DNA of 64,000 bases from the NCBI GenBank assembly GCA_963841915.1, contig CAWJEN010000005.1:1-64000 (forward strand). Direction: 5' to 3'. This stretch comes from an uncultured Planctomycetota bacterium. GTDB taxonomy: Bacteria; Planctomycetota; Phycisphaerae; Tepidisphaerales; Tepidisphaeraceae. The position numbers and the translations under genes were made by a program. The notes under the pieces are model-generated. The model was not told where the DNA came from and did not search any database. It saw nothing but the letters and a program-made list of their open reading frames with translations. This document shows positions 1 to 11,284 of the stretch, piece by piece; within the stretch, counting starts at the first letter, position 1, and each line of letters starts with the position of its first letter.

Positions 1-110
1 TCGCGCAAGATTCAATCTTGCGCGATCAAAATCGAATGTTGCACGCGGAAGGTCGGGTTCTGGAAGCGGCAGAAGACGAGCTGGAGCTTCCAGAAGCCGT
101 CCTCGAAGTA
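1..110. repeat. 21-bp-periodic degenerate tract that begins with a 25-bp palindrome
   Basis: 1-25 tcgcgcaagatt-c-aatcttgcgcga is a perfect inverted repeat. The + frame has Leu every 7th codon (L-RDQNRM-L-HAEGRV-L-EAAEDE-L-ELPEAV-L). Shares ttgcgcgatcaaaa with 10754. Confidence 0.55.
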
Positions 111-119
111 CGATGCTGC

Positions 120-650
120 GTGCCGCGACTGGTGGAACCGACGCTCGACCGACTGCCGAGCTACCTCGCGATGCTCGATCGCACCCTCGCCCTGGGCGAA
201 ACCGGCGGCGGCTTTGCCCTCAACAACCCGGTCAGCACGCGGAAGAACCCGGCGGGCTTCGTCCGCCTGCTCCACGACTGGGCCGTCGGCCGCAACCTAC
301 CGGCCGGATTCGTGCCGCAAACGACACGCTGCTCGCCCTCGGTGAGACGGTCGTCGGCGAAGTTCGCATGCGGCACGCTCTGTCGCCGCGACTCGAGATC
401 GAAGGCGGCCACGTCGGTTACTTCATCCACCCCGACCACCGCGGCCTTCGCGGCCTTCGGGATGCTCATCCTGCGACTCGCCCTCGACCAGCTTCGCACC
501 TTCGGCGTCGGCGACGTGCTCGTCACCTGCGACGACGACAACCTCCGCAGCCGCCGCGTCATTAAACGCAACGGCGGCGTCTTCGATCGTCACACGGTCA
601 GCCCACGCACCGGCAAGGCCGTGGCGACGTTCTGGATTAGAAAGCCTTCG
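120..650 (+). CDS. GNAT family acetyltransferase (frameshifted, 3' end uncertain)
   Basis: Across frames: VPRLVEPT...[31 protein letters not shown] and [21 protein letters not shown], typical GNAT motifs. Confidence 0.75.
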
Positions 651-1859
651 CCATCTGTTCCAACGCCGCCTCGACGTTCGCCGGGAGTTGAAGCCGCTCA
701 GGCGGAAGTACCCCTTGCCGCATCGGCCGAAGCCGACGCCGGGCGTGCAGACGACGCCGGCCTGCTCCAGCAGCCGGTCGAACATGCCCCACGAGTCGAT
801 GCCGTCGGGGCACTTGACCCAGCAGTACGGGGCGTTGTCGCCGCCGAAGACGGTCAGGCCGGCGGTCGACAACGCCTCGCTGATGAACTTGGCCATGTAG
901 CCGTCGACGAGGTCGCGCACCTGCCGTCGGCCATCGGCGCTGTAGACGGCTTCGGCACCGCGTTGAACGATGTAGGCGACGCCGTTGAACTTGGTGTTCT
1001 GCCGCCGACCCCACAGGCCGTGCATCGAAACCTCGCGGCCGTCCTTCGTGCGGCCCATCAGTTCCTTCGGCACGACCGTGAACGCACACCGCGTCCCCGT
1101 AAACCCGGCCGTCTTGCTGAAGCTGCGGAACTCGATCGCACACGCGGGCTCCGTCGATCTCGTAGATGCTGTGCGGGATCGAATCATCCGTGATAAACCC
1201 CTCGTACGCCGCGTCGAACAGGATGAGCGCCTTGTGCTTGCGGGCGTAATCGACCCAGGCCTCGAGCGTCTGCTTCGAGCGACGGCCCCGGTCGGATTGT
1301 TCGGAAAGCACAGGTAGATCACGTCGACCGGTCGATCCGGCAGGGCGGGAGCGAAGCCGTTGGCCTCGGTCGCTTCGAGATAGACCATGCCGCCGTACCG
1401 CCCGTCGCCGCCGGCCGCTTCGGCGTTTCCGGCCATCACGTTCGTGTCGACGTAGACGGGATACACGGGATCGGTGACGGCAATGGTGTTGCCGTGGCCG
1501 AGGATGTCGAGCAGGTTGGCGCTGTCGCATTTGCTGCCATCGCTGACGAAGATCTCGTTGTCGGCCACGTCACACCCGCGGCTGCGGTAGTCGTTCGTGG
1601 CGATGGCCGACCGCAGGAAGTCGTATCCCTTGCTCGGGATCGGGTCCCGCGGAAGCCGGCGTCGGTCGTCATCTCGTCGACCGCCTTCCGCATGGCCTCG
1701 GCGATGGCCGGCGCGAGCGGTTCGGTCACGTCGCCGATGCCGAGCTTGATGATCGGGCGGTCCGGGGTGCTTCTCGGCGAACGTCCGCACGCGGCGAGCG
1801 ATCTCCGGGAACAGGTAACCGGCCTGCAGCTTCAGGAAGTTCTCGTTGATCAAAGGCAT
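637..1859 (-). CDS. dapL: LL-diaminopimelate aminotransferase (several frameshifts, probably sequencing error)
   Basis: [87 protein letters not shown]. Confidence 0.93.
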
Positions 1860-1927
1860 CAGGCGGCAGGTTAGGAGGCGAGCCGGCACCGTCGGACGCC
1901 TTGCGTTTCGGCGACTAATGTGGTGCA

Positions 1928-2644
1928 ATGAATCGCCGCTCCTTCCTATCGCTCGTCGTCGCCGTCGCCTTCTCGTTGGCCGGCACTGCCGCTTTCGCCG
2001 AATCGCCCAAGGCCGTCACGCTGGACCAGTCCACGCCCAAGGCGGCGGCCAAGAGCATGATGCAGGCGATGCACGACGGCGACGCCGAGGGCGTCAAGAA
2101 CAGCTTCGACCGTTCGAACGAGAAGATGGCCTCGGTGCTCGACGTGCTGGCGCCGATGATGGCCGCCAGTGGCCGGCTTATGGCAGTCACGAGCGAGAAG
2201 TTCGAGCAGCCTGTCGGGATCGGCGGGATGTCCGTCGACCTCAAGCTCATGATGAAGGCCATCGACGCCGGCACGGTCGAAGAGCAGGGCGACCAGGCCA
2301 CGGTCGTTCCCGACACCTCGATGCTCCCGGACGAGTACAAGCAAAGCGTCGAGCAGGCCGGCATGACCGTGGAAGAGGCCAGCACCGTCAAACTGAACAA
2401 GGTCGACGGCAAGTGGCTCGTTCAGCCCGAGTCGATGCAGATCGACGAGGCGACGGCCGACTCGATGCTGGCGCAGTTGAAGATGGTCACCGCGCAGATG
2501 TCGGCGATGGCCGAGGCGATGAACAGCGTGACCGCCAAGGTCGAGCAGGGCGAGATCGCCGACGCCGCCGCAGCCGAGCAGGCACTGGAACAGGCCATGA
2601 TGACCGCCATGATGAAGATGCAGCAGCAGATGGGCCAGGAGTAG
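1928..2644 (+). CDS. Secreted hypothetical protein, Met/Ala-rich and helical
   Basis: Clean 238-aa ORF with signal peptide MNRRSFLSLVVAVAFSLAGTAAFA and strongly GC3-biased codons. Confidence 0.8.
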   Translation: MNRRSFLSLVVAVAFSLAGTAAFAESPKAVTLDQSTPKAAAKSMMQAMHDGDAEGVKNSFDRSNEKMASVLDVLAPMMAASGRLMAVTSEKFEQPVGIGGMSVDLKLMMKAIDAGTVEEQGDQATVVPDTSMLPDEYKQSVEQAGMTVEEASTVKLNKVDGKWLVQPESMQIDEATADSMLAQLKMVTAQMSAMAEAMNSVTAKVEQGEIADAAAAEQALEQAMMTAMMKMQQQMGQE

Positions 2645-2647
2645 CTT

Positions 2648-3560
2648 CTACGACCGGCCGCATCATCAAGAGACCGACGCCGCAGAGCATCGCTTCGACG
2701 AGCGTGTGGTTGAGCCGCATCACCACGGCTGTTGCTGTCGCCGCGGGCACGCCGACGACGGGCGAGAGCAGGGCGATGAGCGTTCCCTCGCGGACGCCCA
2801 GGCCGCTGGGCGTGACGAACGCTCCGAAGTAGCTGATGCACATCGTCAGTGCCGTGGCACACGTGACGTACGGCAGGCTCGAAGCGGCAAGCGTCGCGTC
2901 GAAGGATCGCAGAACGCACCACATCGACAGGCCGTTGAACACCCATTGGCCGATCGAGCAGGCGAGCAGGCGTAGTCGCTCCACCTCGGCACCCGCGGCA
3001 GCGGCGGGCGACGCATCAGCTTCAGCACCGTCGTCGTGATCCACCTGAAGACCGGCGGGCTCAGGCAGAGCGTTCCACCGACGAGCACGCCGGCAAAAAC
3101 AAACGGAGCCGCGGCTACGTTTTGTCGGACCGCGTCGTCGAGCAGCAAGGCCGCCCCCAACAGCGAACCGGTCAAGACGGGCATGGCATCGAGCAGGACG
3201 AAGACGCCCAGCGCCGTCGTCGCCGGTACGCCGAGCCGCTTGAGCAGCACAACGGCCGTACCGGCGGCGGCGACTTTGCCGGGCACGTACTTGCCCGCCC
3301 GAACGGCACCCACGCCGCCGGAACAACTGACGCCACGTGAGCCATTGCCCCGTGAAACTCCGCAACAACAGTCGTTCGCTCAACGCGATGCACAGGTACA
3401 TCCCCGGCAACGTCAAACCTGCGGCGGCGACCCAAGGCCAATGCGGACGCAAGCCACGCAGGTCCGTCCTGTCGATCTGACGCGACACCGCCCAGACGAC
3501 GACGATCAGTACGGCAAGGGCAAACGACCACCGGATCACACGCTTGCCGCCGGTCGTCAC
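2648..3560 (-). CDS. Lysylphosphatidylglycerol synthase-like (UPF0104/YbhN) membrane protein, frameshifted
   Basis: Multiple TM segments with GKYVPGKV and TPSGLGVREG motifs. Confidence 0.8.
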
Positions 3561-3582
3561 GAAGCACGATACGATGTCGCCG

Positions 3583-3948
3583 ATGTCCGACGCCGCCCCG
3601 ACCGCCTATCCGCCGCAGATCGTCCTGACGAACACCGAGATCGTGCCGGGCTACGTCGTCTCCCGCGTTCTCGGCCTCGTGCAGGGCAACACCGTCCGAG
3701 CCAAACACTTCGGGCGAGACTTCGCCGCCGGCCTCAAGAATATCGTCGGCGGCGAGCTCAAGGGGTACACGGAGCTGCTCGTCGAGTCACGCCAGCAGGC
3801 GACCGAGCGGATGATGCAGCAGGCAGGGCAGCTCGGTGCCAACGCCGTCATCAACGTCCGCTACTCGACCATGCCGTCTACTGGCGGGGCGGCCGAGCTG
3901 TACGCCTACGGCACGGCCGTCGTGCTCGAAGCGGAGGCGGCGTCTTGA
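3583..3948 (+). CDS. YbjQ/UPF0145 family protein
   Basis: LGLVQGNTVRAKHFGRDFAAGLKNIVGGELKGYTELL...GANAVINVRY...AYGTAV. Confidence 0.92.
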   Translation: MSDAAPTAYPPQIVLTNTEIVPGYVVSRVLGLVQGNTVRAKHFGRDFAAGLKNIVGGELKGYTELLVESRQQATERMMQQAGQLGANAVINVRYSTMPSTGGAAELYAYGTAVVLEAEAAS

Positions 3949-4480
3949 GCTGGTCGAACCTGCTCATGACCTTCTGGTGGCTCATCATTCCGCTGGGCTT
4001 CGCTGCAGTCGGAGCCCTCGGCCTGCTCCTCGACGCCGACCACCGCAAGAACCTTGCCTACCGCCGGGCGCAGTTCGGCAACGTCATGGTCACGGACATG
4101 AAACGCCCGCCGGGCATCGACCCGCAGTTCGGCAGTCGACTCGTGACCGGCGACGTCGTGCTCGCCGCAAACCGCCTGCTGACGACGCTGCGAGGTTCAA
4201 GCTCTTTTTCGGGGGCGAAGTGAGAAGTTTCCACGACCTCATGACCCGCGCCCGCCAGGAAGCGACGTTGCGACTCATGGAAGAAGCCGCGTCGCTCGGC
4301 TACGACGCGATCATGAACGTCCGCTTCGAAGCCGTCGACTTGGCAGGCGTCACGACACGCAGCAGCACCAAAAACCAGCCCGGTGTCTACATCGGCCTGA
4401 TTGCCTACGGCACCGCATATCGCCGGGAGCAGGGCGTCTACCCGCCGCCCGCCGCACCGACGCTGCTGGGCTACACCTGA
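3945..4480 (+). CDS. Membrane-anchored YbjQ-like protein (frameshift near 4200)
   Basis: N-terminal TM, then GGEVRSFHDLMTRARQEATLRLMEEAASLGYDAIMNVRFE...AYGTA. Confidence 0.8.
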
Positions 4481-4970
4481 ACCTTCGCACGCCACCAGAT
4501 TTGTCGGTGGTGATGGAGCGTCGCCACCGCCGCAACGCCGGGCAGGAGCAGCGTGAAATCACTTTTGCCCAGCCGCGGCAATAGGTCGGCGGCCAGACTC
4601 GCCAAAGCTTCCGACGAGTCGAAGGCGATCGCGTCCGCCTGTCGACGACCGCACAAAGAAGGATCGTCAAACACCGTCGCGGTCGAGCCGCTGCCGTGAT
4701 CCAGCTCGGCCGCCCAGTGATGCACCGGAGCCAACCAGGCCTCGTCACAGCGATCGAAGGCGATCTTCGCCAGCATCGTCGGCAATGCCTGCGGATCGAC
4801 GACGCTGGCTTTGTCGCGGAAGTCGGCCCGCATCGTCGCGTCGTTGCCGGTGATCCAGCCCGTGACGTGCCAGTCGTTGGAGACCGGCGGAAGCGCCCGT
4901 TCGGAAAGAACTGAATCGACCTGATCGCCTCGGCGGCGTCGAGCACCTCGCGGTAAGGAACAAGTTTCAC
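4471..4970 (-). CDS. Hypothetical protein (frameshifted)
   Basis: Protein-like frame ending LAPVHHWAAELDHG...DFTLLLPG...TLHHHRQIWW; start uncertain. Confidence 0.5.
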
Positions 4971-5007
4971 GGTTGATTGTTCGCGGCAACAACGACACCA
5001 TATTTAG

Positions 5008-5485
5008 ATGACCACCAAACAAACGATTCTCTACACGCTCGGATTCAGCGGCAAGCTCGTCGGCTCGATGACCGCTGACCTGACGCCCGAGCAGTTGCAC
5101 CACCGCGACGCCCGAGGCCGCTGCCGCCTGGTTGCTGGGCCACCTCGTCCTCGTCGAGCGACGCGCCCTGAAGCTTCTCGATGCCGATCTGCCGGCCTTG
5201 CCAGATGGGTTCGACACTCGGTTTTCCCGCGAGGAGGACGCACCCAAGGCCGCCGACTTCGGCGACGTCGCGATGCTGCCGTCACTGTTCGACGAGCACC
5301 GACAGAGGCTTCTGGCAGCCGTCGAGCAGGTCGACGAGTCGACGCTGGACAAGCCGCTGGACAACCCGAGTCCGCGATTTACGACCGTCGGCGAGATGCT
5401 GGCATTCTTCCCGATTCACGTGGCGATGCACGCCGGGCAGATCAGCACCATCCGCCGCAGCCTCGGGATGCCGCCGTTGTTCTAA
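5008..5485 (+). CDS. DinB/DUF664 family protein (frameshifted)
   Basis: DLTPEQL..., WLLGHL, and C-terminal HVAMHAGQISTIRRSLG (DinB His motifs). Confidence 0.82.
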
Positions 5486-5518
5486 GCGACGGGTCGATAG
5501 ATGCTTTAGCCTGCTTTG

Positions 5519-6238
5519 ATGCACCACCAGTTCCCGCCCGGCGTTGCTGAACAGCTCGATTACTACGTCTACCTCTACGTCGACCCGCGTGACAATCGCC
5601 CGTTCTACGTCGGCCAAGGCACCGGCAACCGCGTCTTCGCCCACCTCAAGGACACGACCGAAAGCGAGAAGGTCGCCCGCCTCGACGATCTGCGAGCGAA
5701 GGGCATCGAGCCCCGCATCGACGTGCTCAAGTGGGGCCTCGATAAGGAACAAGCTTTGCTCGTCGAGTCGGCCGCCATCGACCTGCTCGGCATCGACCAC
5801 CTGACCAACTGTGTCCAGGACCACGTGATCATCGGCCACCGCCGCACGAACCTGAACGACGTCATCCTCGACCACGTCGGCGGCGAGGCCGTCTTCGACG
5901 AGTCTGCCGTGCTCATCAAGATCAACCGCAACTACGACCCCGAGCCGATCGAGCTCTACGACGCCACCCGCAGTTCCTGGAAGATCAGCCCGAACAAGCG
6001 TCAGCCGAAGTTCGCCATGGCCGCCTACGGCGGCGTCATCCGCGAGGTCTACGAGATCCAAGCCTGGCTGCCGGGCGGCACGACGATGCAAAAGCTTGAT
6101 CGAACGAGTCGGTCAACGAGAATCGCAAGGAGTTCGTCGGCCGCCTTGCCGAAGACGCCATCCGCACGAGGTACCGCGGCCGCCGCGTGCCGGACCTGCA
6201 GAGCAGCCAGAACCCGATCCGCTACGTCGGTCCTGTAG
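5519..6238 (+). CDS. LEM-3-like GIY-YIG nuclease domain protein
   Basis: YYVYLYVDPRDNRPFYVGQGTGNRVFAH...VESAAIDLLG...LTN; likely frameshift near the C-terminus. Confidence 0.85.
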   Translation: MHHQFPPGVAEQLDYYVYLYVDPRDNRPFYVGQGTGNRVFAHLKDTTESEKVARLDDLRAKGIEPRIDVLKWGLDKEQALLVESAAIDLLGIDHLTNCVQDHVIIGHRRTNLNDVILDHVGGEAVFDESAVLIKINRNYDPEPIELYDATRSSWKISPNKRQPKFAMAAYGGVIREVYEIQAWLPGGTTMQKLDRTSRSTRIARSSSAALPKTPSARGTAAAACRTCRAARTRSATSVL

Positions 6239-9039
6239 CCAACGTTTAGGTTACCGCCGGCCCGCGTCACTGCAAGATCGCGTAGCCACAGCGTCCCGCC
6301 GGCGTACATGCCGTCGATCTGCGGGACGAACCGGATCACGTCACCCGCGGCGGCCTCGACCGTCACGCCTTCGAAGCGGGCGATTTCGTTGTTCGGAATC
6401 GCGTACTCCTTCACCATCGCCATCTCGCTGTCGGTCTGGTGAAGGATGAGCAACTTCGTCGCATTGTTTCCCTCCCACAGCCGCGTGCGGGCGGAGCCAG
6501 TGATCTGGTACGTCCCTGACTCGGGCACGACGAACGACAACGACGCCGTCCGTACGCGGGGCGGCGTGCCGTGGCTGGCCCGCGTGCCGAACTCGAGCGA
6601 CGCGTCCTTCATCTTCACCTGCGGCTGCCCGCCGAAGCCGTCGCTGCTGGCGACCCACTGCGTCCCGCCCCAGACGAGCGGACGGTAGCTGCCCGGCTCC
6701 ATCGGCTCGAACGGCCAGACCTGCTCGACCTTCCAGATCGGCGTGCCGTCGCTCGAAACGACGCTGCCTTCGCTCGACCCTTTCTCCACGCCGTCCCAAG
6801 CCGGCGGCAGGGCGTAGCGGGTCGACCCGCCGTCCGTCGTCGCAAAGCCCGCGTTGACACGGTCGAGTTCCTTCACCGCCTCGTGCATCGCCTGCCCGGT
6901 GAGCGACTTGTCCGCTGAATACAGCAACACCGGCCGTCCGGTCTTCGACAGGGTCAGCGTCGTTCCCTCGAACGCCTCCGCATTGCCCATCGCGTCCTCG
7001 GCCATGAGCTCCGTGCCGAAGTCGGGCAGCTCGATCGTCACGTCCTCTTTCGCCGAGCGGTCGGCGTACGCGATCATCACGCCGCGTCCGTTCCGCAGGT
7101 CCTGGAAGATCGCCAGGTTCCCGCCGATCGGGCGGACGAAGCCGACCTCGTCGCTCAGGCCGATGTGGTGGTTCAGCACGTTCCACGCCGGCACCAGCGG
7201 CATCGGGTAGCTGTACCAATCCCACAGCATCGTTCCCGGGTTCGAGTAGTCCCAGAAACTCATCCCGTGCGTGCCGTAGGCGGTATGAAAGAGCACCGTC
7301 TTGTCCTGCCCGTTCACCGTCGCCTCGACCACACTGTTGAACATGGCGTTCGTGCTCTCACTACTCGTCAACCCCGTCACGGCGATCGGCTGATCGACGG
7401 CCGTATTCGTCACCGACCAGCCTTCGTTGAACCAGATGTCGATGTGCTCGCCGCCGCCTTCATTCGTGCCGGCCTCGTCGAGCATTTGCCGCATCCGCTT
7501 CATGCCGTTGGCGTCGATGAGCCAGCCGGCTCCGTAGTCGTGCCACGACCAGACGTCGATGTTCGACAGATCGCCTTTCGCCAACAGCCGGGCGTTCGGG
7601 CGACTCGGGTTCTTGTAGGTGTTGTTCACCATGACGACCGCGTCCGCGTCCGTCTTCTTGATCAGCGCCGCCGTCCGTTCGTTGAACTTCACGTACTCGT
7701 CGCCATAGTTGTCCCAGTCGTCGAAGCCCGGCTCGTTGCTGATCTCGAAGACGACCGGCTTGCCGCGGAAGTTCTCGACCGCAGCAACGATGAACCGGTC
7801 CCACGACGTCTCGATCGACAGATCCTGCCAGCGTTCATCGTCCGCCTTCCACCGCATGTCCTTCGGCAACGGATGCCCCTTCTCCATCGCCCACTTCGGC
7901 CATCCGTAGAGCGTCACGTGACACGCCACGCCGCGGTCGAACGCCTGCTGATACCTCTCGTTCTGCCAGTCGTACTGGCCTTCCTCCGGCTCCATGTTGT
8001 GCCACTTCTGCTTGGGCCACCACCGCGTCCAGCCGAACCCGAGCCGCTGAAACTTGTCCAGCACCTCAACCCCGCCCGCAAAGCTTCCGCCGAACCGTTC
8101 GTCGAAGTTCGCCGCCGTGGCGTCCATCGGGTAGGCCAGCGTCGTCAGCGGAAACGCGCGTCGTGTCGAAGGCGACGTTCTCCGCGTTCGCCACGACCAC
8201 GATCACCTGGGCCAGCGCGAGCCCGTGAAAGTCGAGCGGCACGTCGTGCTTGATCGCCACCGTCTCGCCCGCCGGCAGCTTGATCGCGTCGCCCACGCTT
8301 CCGAGGCCCACCTGCGACGCGGCTTCGTAATCGAGCGTCTGCCAGATCGGTAGAACCGTCTGCGCTTCATCACTCGGGTTATTGATGTAGGCCACCATCT
8401 GGGCCGTCTCGCCGACGTTGAAGACGTTCCCCGCCGCCCCGCGAAAGCCGGGCAGGTTCGTGCACTCCACGACCACCTCCACCGCCGCCCGCCCGACGTA
8501 GTCCGCCGTCTGCGTTTCGCCCCTCGTCACGGTCATCCCGTCGACCAGCACCGGCTTGTCCTTGGCCCCGCTGATGACCACCATGTAATGCGGCTGCGGC
8601 CAGAACCCCGTCGTCGGCACGTCCGCCGGGAACGTCACGCTGTACCGCTTCCACTCGCCGTCGACCGCGACGCTCTTGCCCGCCCCCTTCGTCCAGATTC
8701 GGCCCGCCTTCACCGCCACCTCCCGCGCCGTCGGCGCGACCGAGATGCTGACCCTTGATTCCTCACCCTCCGCTTTCGCCCAGAAACTCACCGCATACGT
8801 CGCATCCTTCTCCATCGGAATCGGCGCACTCGCCACCCAGTCGCCGTCGATCCGCAACGCGTACTGCCCACTCTTCGCGTCATCGACGAGCCTGTGCTTC
8901 TCCTCGCTGACGTTGTGCCAGTACAGCAACGCCCCCTCGAACGACCCGTTCCGCAACAGATTCGGCGACCCCGCCAACGCGGGCGCGAAGACTGGCCAAC
9001 AGCACGATCAAGCCGATTGCGATGTGCAATCCCTGGCAT
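6049..9039 (-). CDS. Large secreted clan-A glycoside hydrolase-like protein with N-terminal CBM4/9-like domain (frameshifts near 8150 and 9000; true stop may be ~6250)
   Basis: NLLRNGSFE CBM start; WHNMEPEEGQYDW; FEISNEP acid/base motif; IWFNEG nucleophile-like motif. Confidence 0.75.
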
Positions 9040-9091
9040 CGTAGCGGAATTGCCGCTTCCGCGTCACCCGACGCCTCCTTACCCTTTGCCC

Positions 9092-9535
9092 ATGAGCGTC
9101 AAAACCGCAGAATCCGTCTGGCACGGCTCCCTTACCGAAGGCTCCGGCCACCTCAAGACCGAGTCGGGCAAAATCGACACTGACTACGCCTGGAAGAGCC
9201 GCGCCGAGGACGGCCCGGGCGGTGGGGGGACGAACCCTGAAGAACTCATCGGTGCCGCCCACGCCGGTGGAGCTTTCTCCAACATGGCCCTGAGCCACAT
9301 GCTCAACGACGCCGGCCACGCCCCCGAGGAGCTCAGGACCGCGCCCACGTCACCTTCGACAAGGTCGGCGAGGCTTCGGCATCACCGGCATCAAGTTCGT
9401 CCTGACCGCCAAAGTCCCCGGCATGTCGGCCGACGATTTCCGAGCACGCCGACAACGCCAAGGAAGGCTGCCCCGTCAGCAGGCCCTGTCCGCCACGCCG
9501 ATCGAGCTCGAAGCGACGCTGGCCTCCTAAAGTGA
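9092..9535 (+). CDS. osmC: OsmC family peroxiredoxin (frameshifted)
   Basis: AESVWHGSLTEGSGHL...GTNPEELIGAAHAG...AKEGCPVSRAL. Confidence 0.85.
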   Translation: MSVKTAESVWHGSLTEGSGHLKTESGKIDTDYAWKSRAEDGPGGGGTNPEELIGAAHAGGAFSNMALSHMLNDAGHAPEELRTAPTSPSTRSARLRHHRHQVRPDRQSPRHVGRRFPSTPTTPRKAAPSAGPVRHADRARSDAGLLK

Positions 9536-9541
9536 CGCGTC

Positions 9542-10299
9542 ATGGAGATGTCCCTGCCGTCTCGCGTTCTGGCCTCCGCTGCCTTCGTCATCGGGTGCCT
9601 GCCGGCGGAGGCGGCTGAGCCATCGACTTCGCCGGAAGTCACGCAGCACGGCGAGATGCGGGCCGTCATGCGACTCGGCGAGACGCAGGGCCGGATCGCG
9701 CTGGCCGACGTGGCTGCGGACCCCAATGCCTTCGGCGTGGGAGCCGTCGCCGGCCTCAGCGGAGAGATCACGATCGCCAACGGCAAGGTCTGGGTCAGCC
9801 GTGTTACGGGCGATGGCGTCGTCACGACCGGCCCCGAGGCCGTCAACAACGACGAGGCGACGATGCTGACCCTGACCAGCGTTCCGGCTTGGGGCAAGAC
9901 CGTCATCAAGCAACCCGCCGACGGCAATCTGCGCTCGAAGCACACATCGCGGAAGCGACGAAGGGTGCCGGACTCGATCCGACAGTCGGCCACGCCGTTC
10001 GTGCTCAAGGGCTCTGCCAACCGTCTCAAACTCCACATCATCAACGGCTACTGCCCGGTCGGCGTCGATCCCGCGACCGTCGACGCGCAGCCGTGGCGTT
10101 GGTCGGCCGATGAGCCCGTTCCCGTTACCGTATCCCTGTCGGCTTCCACGCCCCCGATGCCGCCGGCGTCATGACCCACCACGGGACAAGCCTCCACATG
10201 CACGCCCTTATCGAGCTCGACGGCAAGCACGTGTCGGCCCACGTCGATCACGTCGCGATGGCGGCGGACGCAACCCTGCGGCTGCCCGCTGCCGATTGA
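9542..10299 (+). CDS. Secreted acetolactate-decarboxylase-like fold protein (frameshifted)
   Basis: Signal peptide; FGVGAVAGLSGEITI, PFVLKG, THHGTSLHMH, SAHVDHV. Confidence 0.65.
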
Positions 10300-10333
10300 G
10301 ACGGGTGGCCAAGCGACAGAACAACAGCAAAGG

Positions 10334-10361
10334 GGTCAGGTGTCGCTCGCGACACCTGACC
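10334..10361. repeat. REP-like palindrome ggtcaggtgtcgc-tc-gcgacacctgacc
   Basis: Perfect 13-bp inverted repeat in an intergenic region with no U-tract. Confidence 0.6.
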
Positions 10362-10749
10362 GTTGCGTATGACGACAACAGTCACGCGACTTACGCCGCG
10401 AGCTTCATCGGCGGTGCCACCGTAAAGAGCGGCCGCAGCCGATGTTGGTATTGACATTCATCGCCTCGCCAGCCGCCCGTGTCCAGAGGTACACGCCTCC
10501 GTCAGACACCAGCTGTTGCCAGAAAAACTTCAAACGACGCATCGACCCCATCACGAACCGATTAAGGCGAAACGAGAATTCCGCTTTCCGTTCCGCCCAT
10601 ATCCCTTCCATCCGCCGCCCAATGCAGGCCCTCAGGCCACCCAAACCCCCGACCAAGTCGCTCTCCGCCGCGTCTCCCGCCGTCAAACCGCGCTTAGGCG
10701 TTACAAACGCAGGTCCACGTCCGACAACCTCCGTTTGCGTTCGCAGAAA

Positions 10750-10955
10750 ATAATTGCGCGATCAAAAATCGTTTTCGCGATCCGAAAGACATTGGTGCGC
10801 GAGCAGACCGACGATGTGCGCGATCCCAAACCGCTCTTCGCAACAAGTGGAGCATTCGCTCGGCCCCCAAACCCCTTGTGCGCGACCACACGGAGCATTT
10901 GCGCGAACAGAAAGCACTTTCGCGCGAGCAAATCCCTGAGTTGCCCAACGAAATG
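10750..10955. repeat. Degenerate ~21-bp-periodic tract with gcgcga cores
   Basis: gcgcga at 10756, 10797, 10818, 10880, 10901, 10922; gcccaa at 10943. Confidence 0.65.
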
Positions 10956-11284
10956 CGGCATTAGCTCACCCTGACGCCACGGTTGATCACCCGACAGCAA
11001 CACCGGGCCTGCAGGACCAGGTCCAACTCTTTGATCTGCCCGACGTAATTCGGTCACGACCCGCTGCTGCTCCGCCACCCCGTCGTGGAGCGACGAGCCG
11101 CCAACCTCGTGACACGGATTGCATCCGCGAAACCCGTGTCTGGCGGCCACCTGACATCAGACCGCCTGCTTCGGCACATTAGTAGCGTTTGTTTACGACA
11201 CGTCGTACAGTGGCACCCGGCAGTTTGACGGCGAGACCGAGCCTGTCACGACCGACCCGATCTTCCGGCTACAATGACGCGTCG

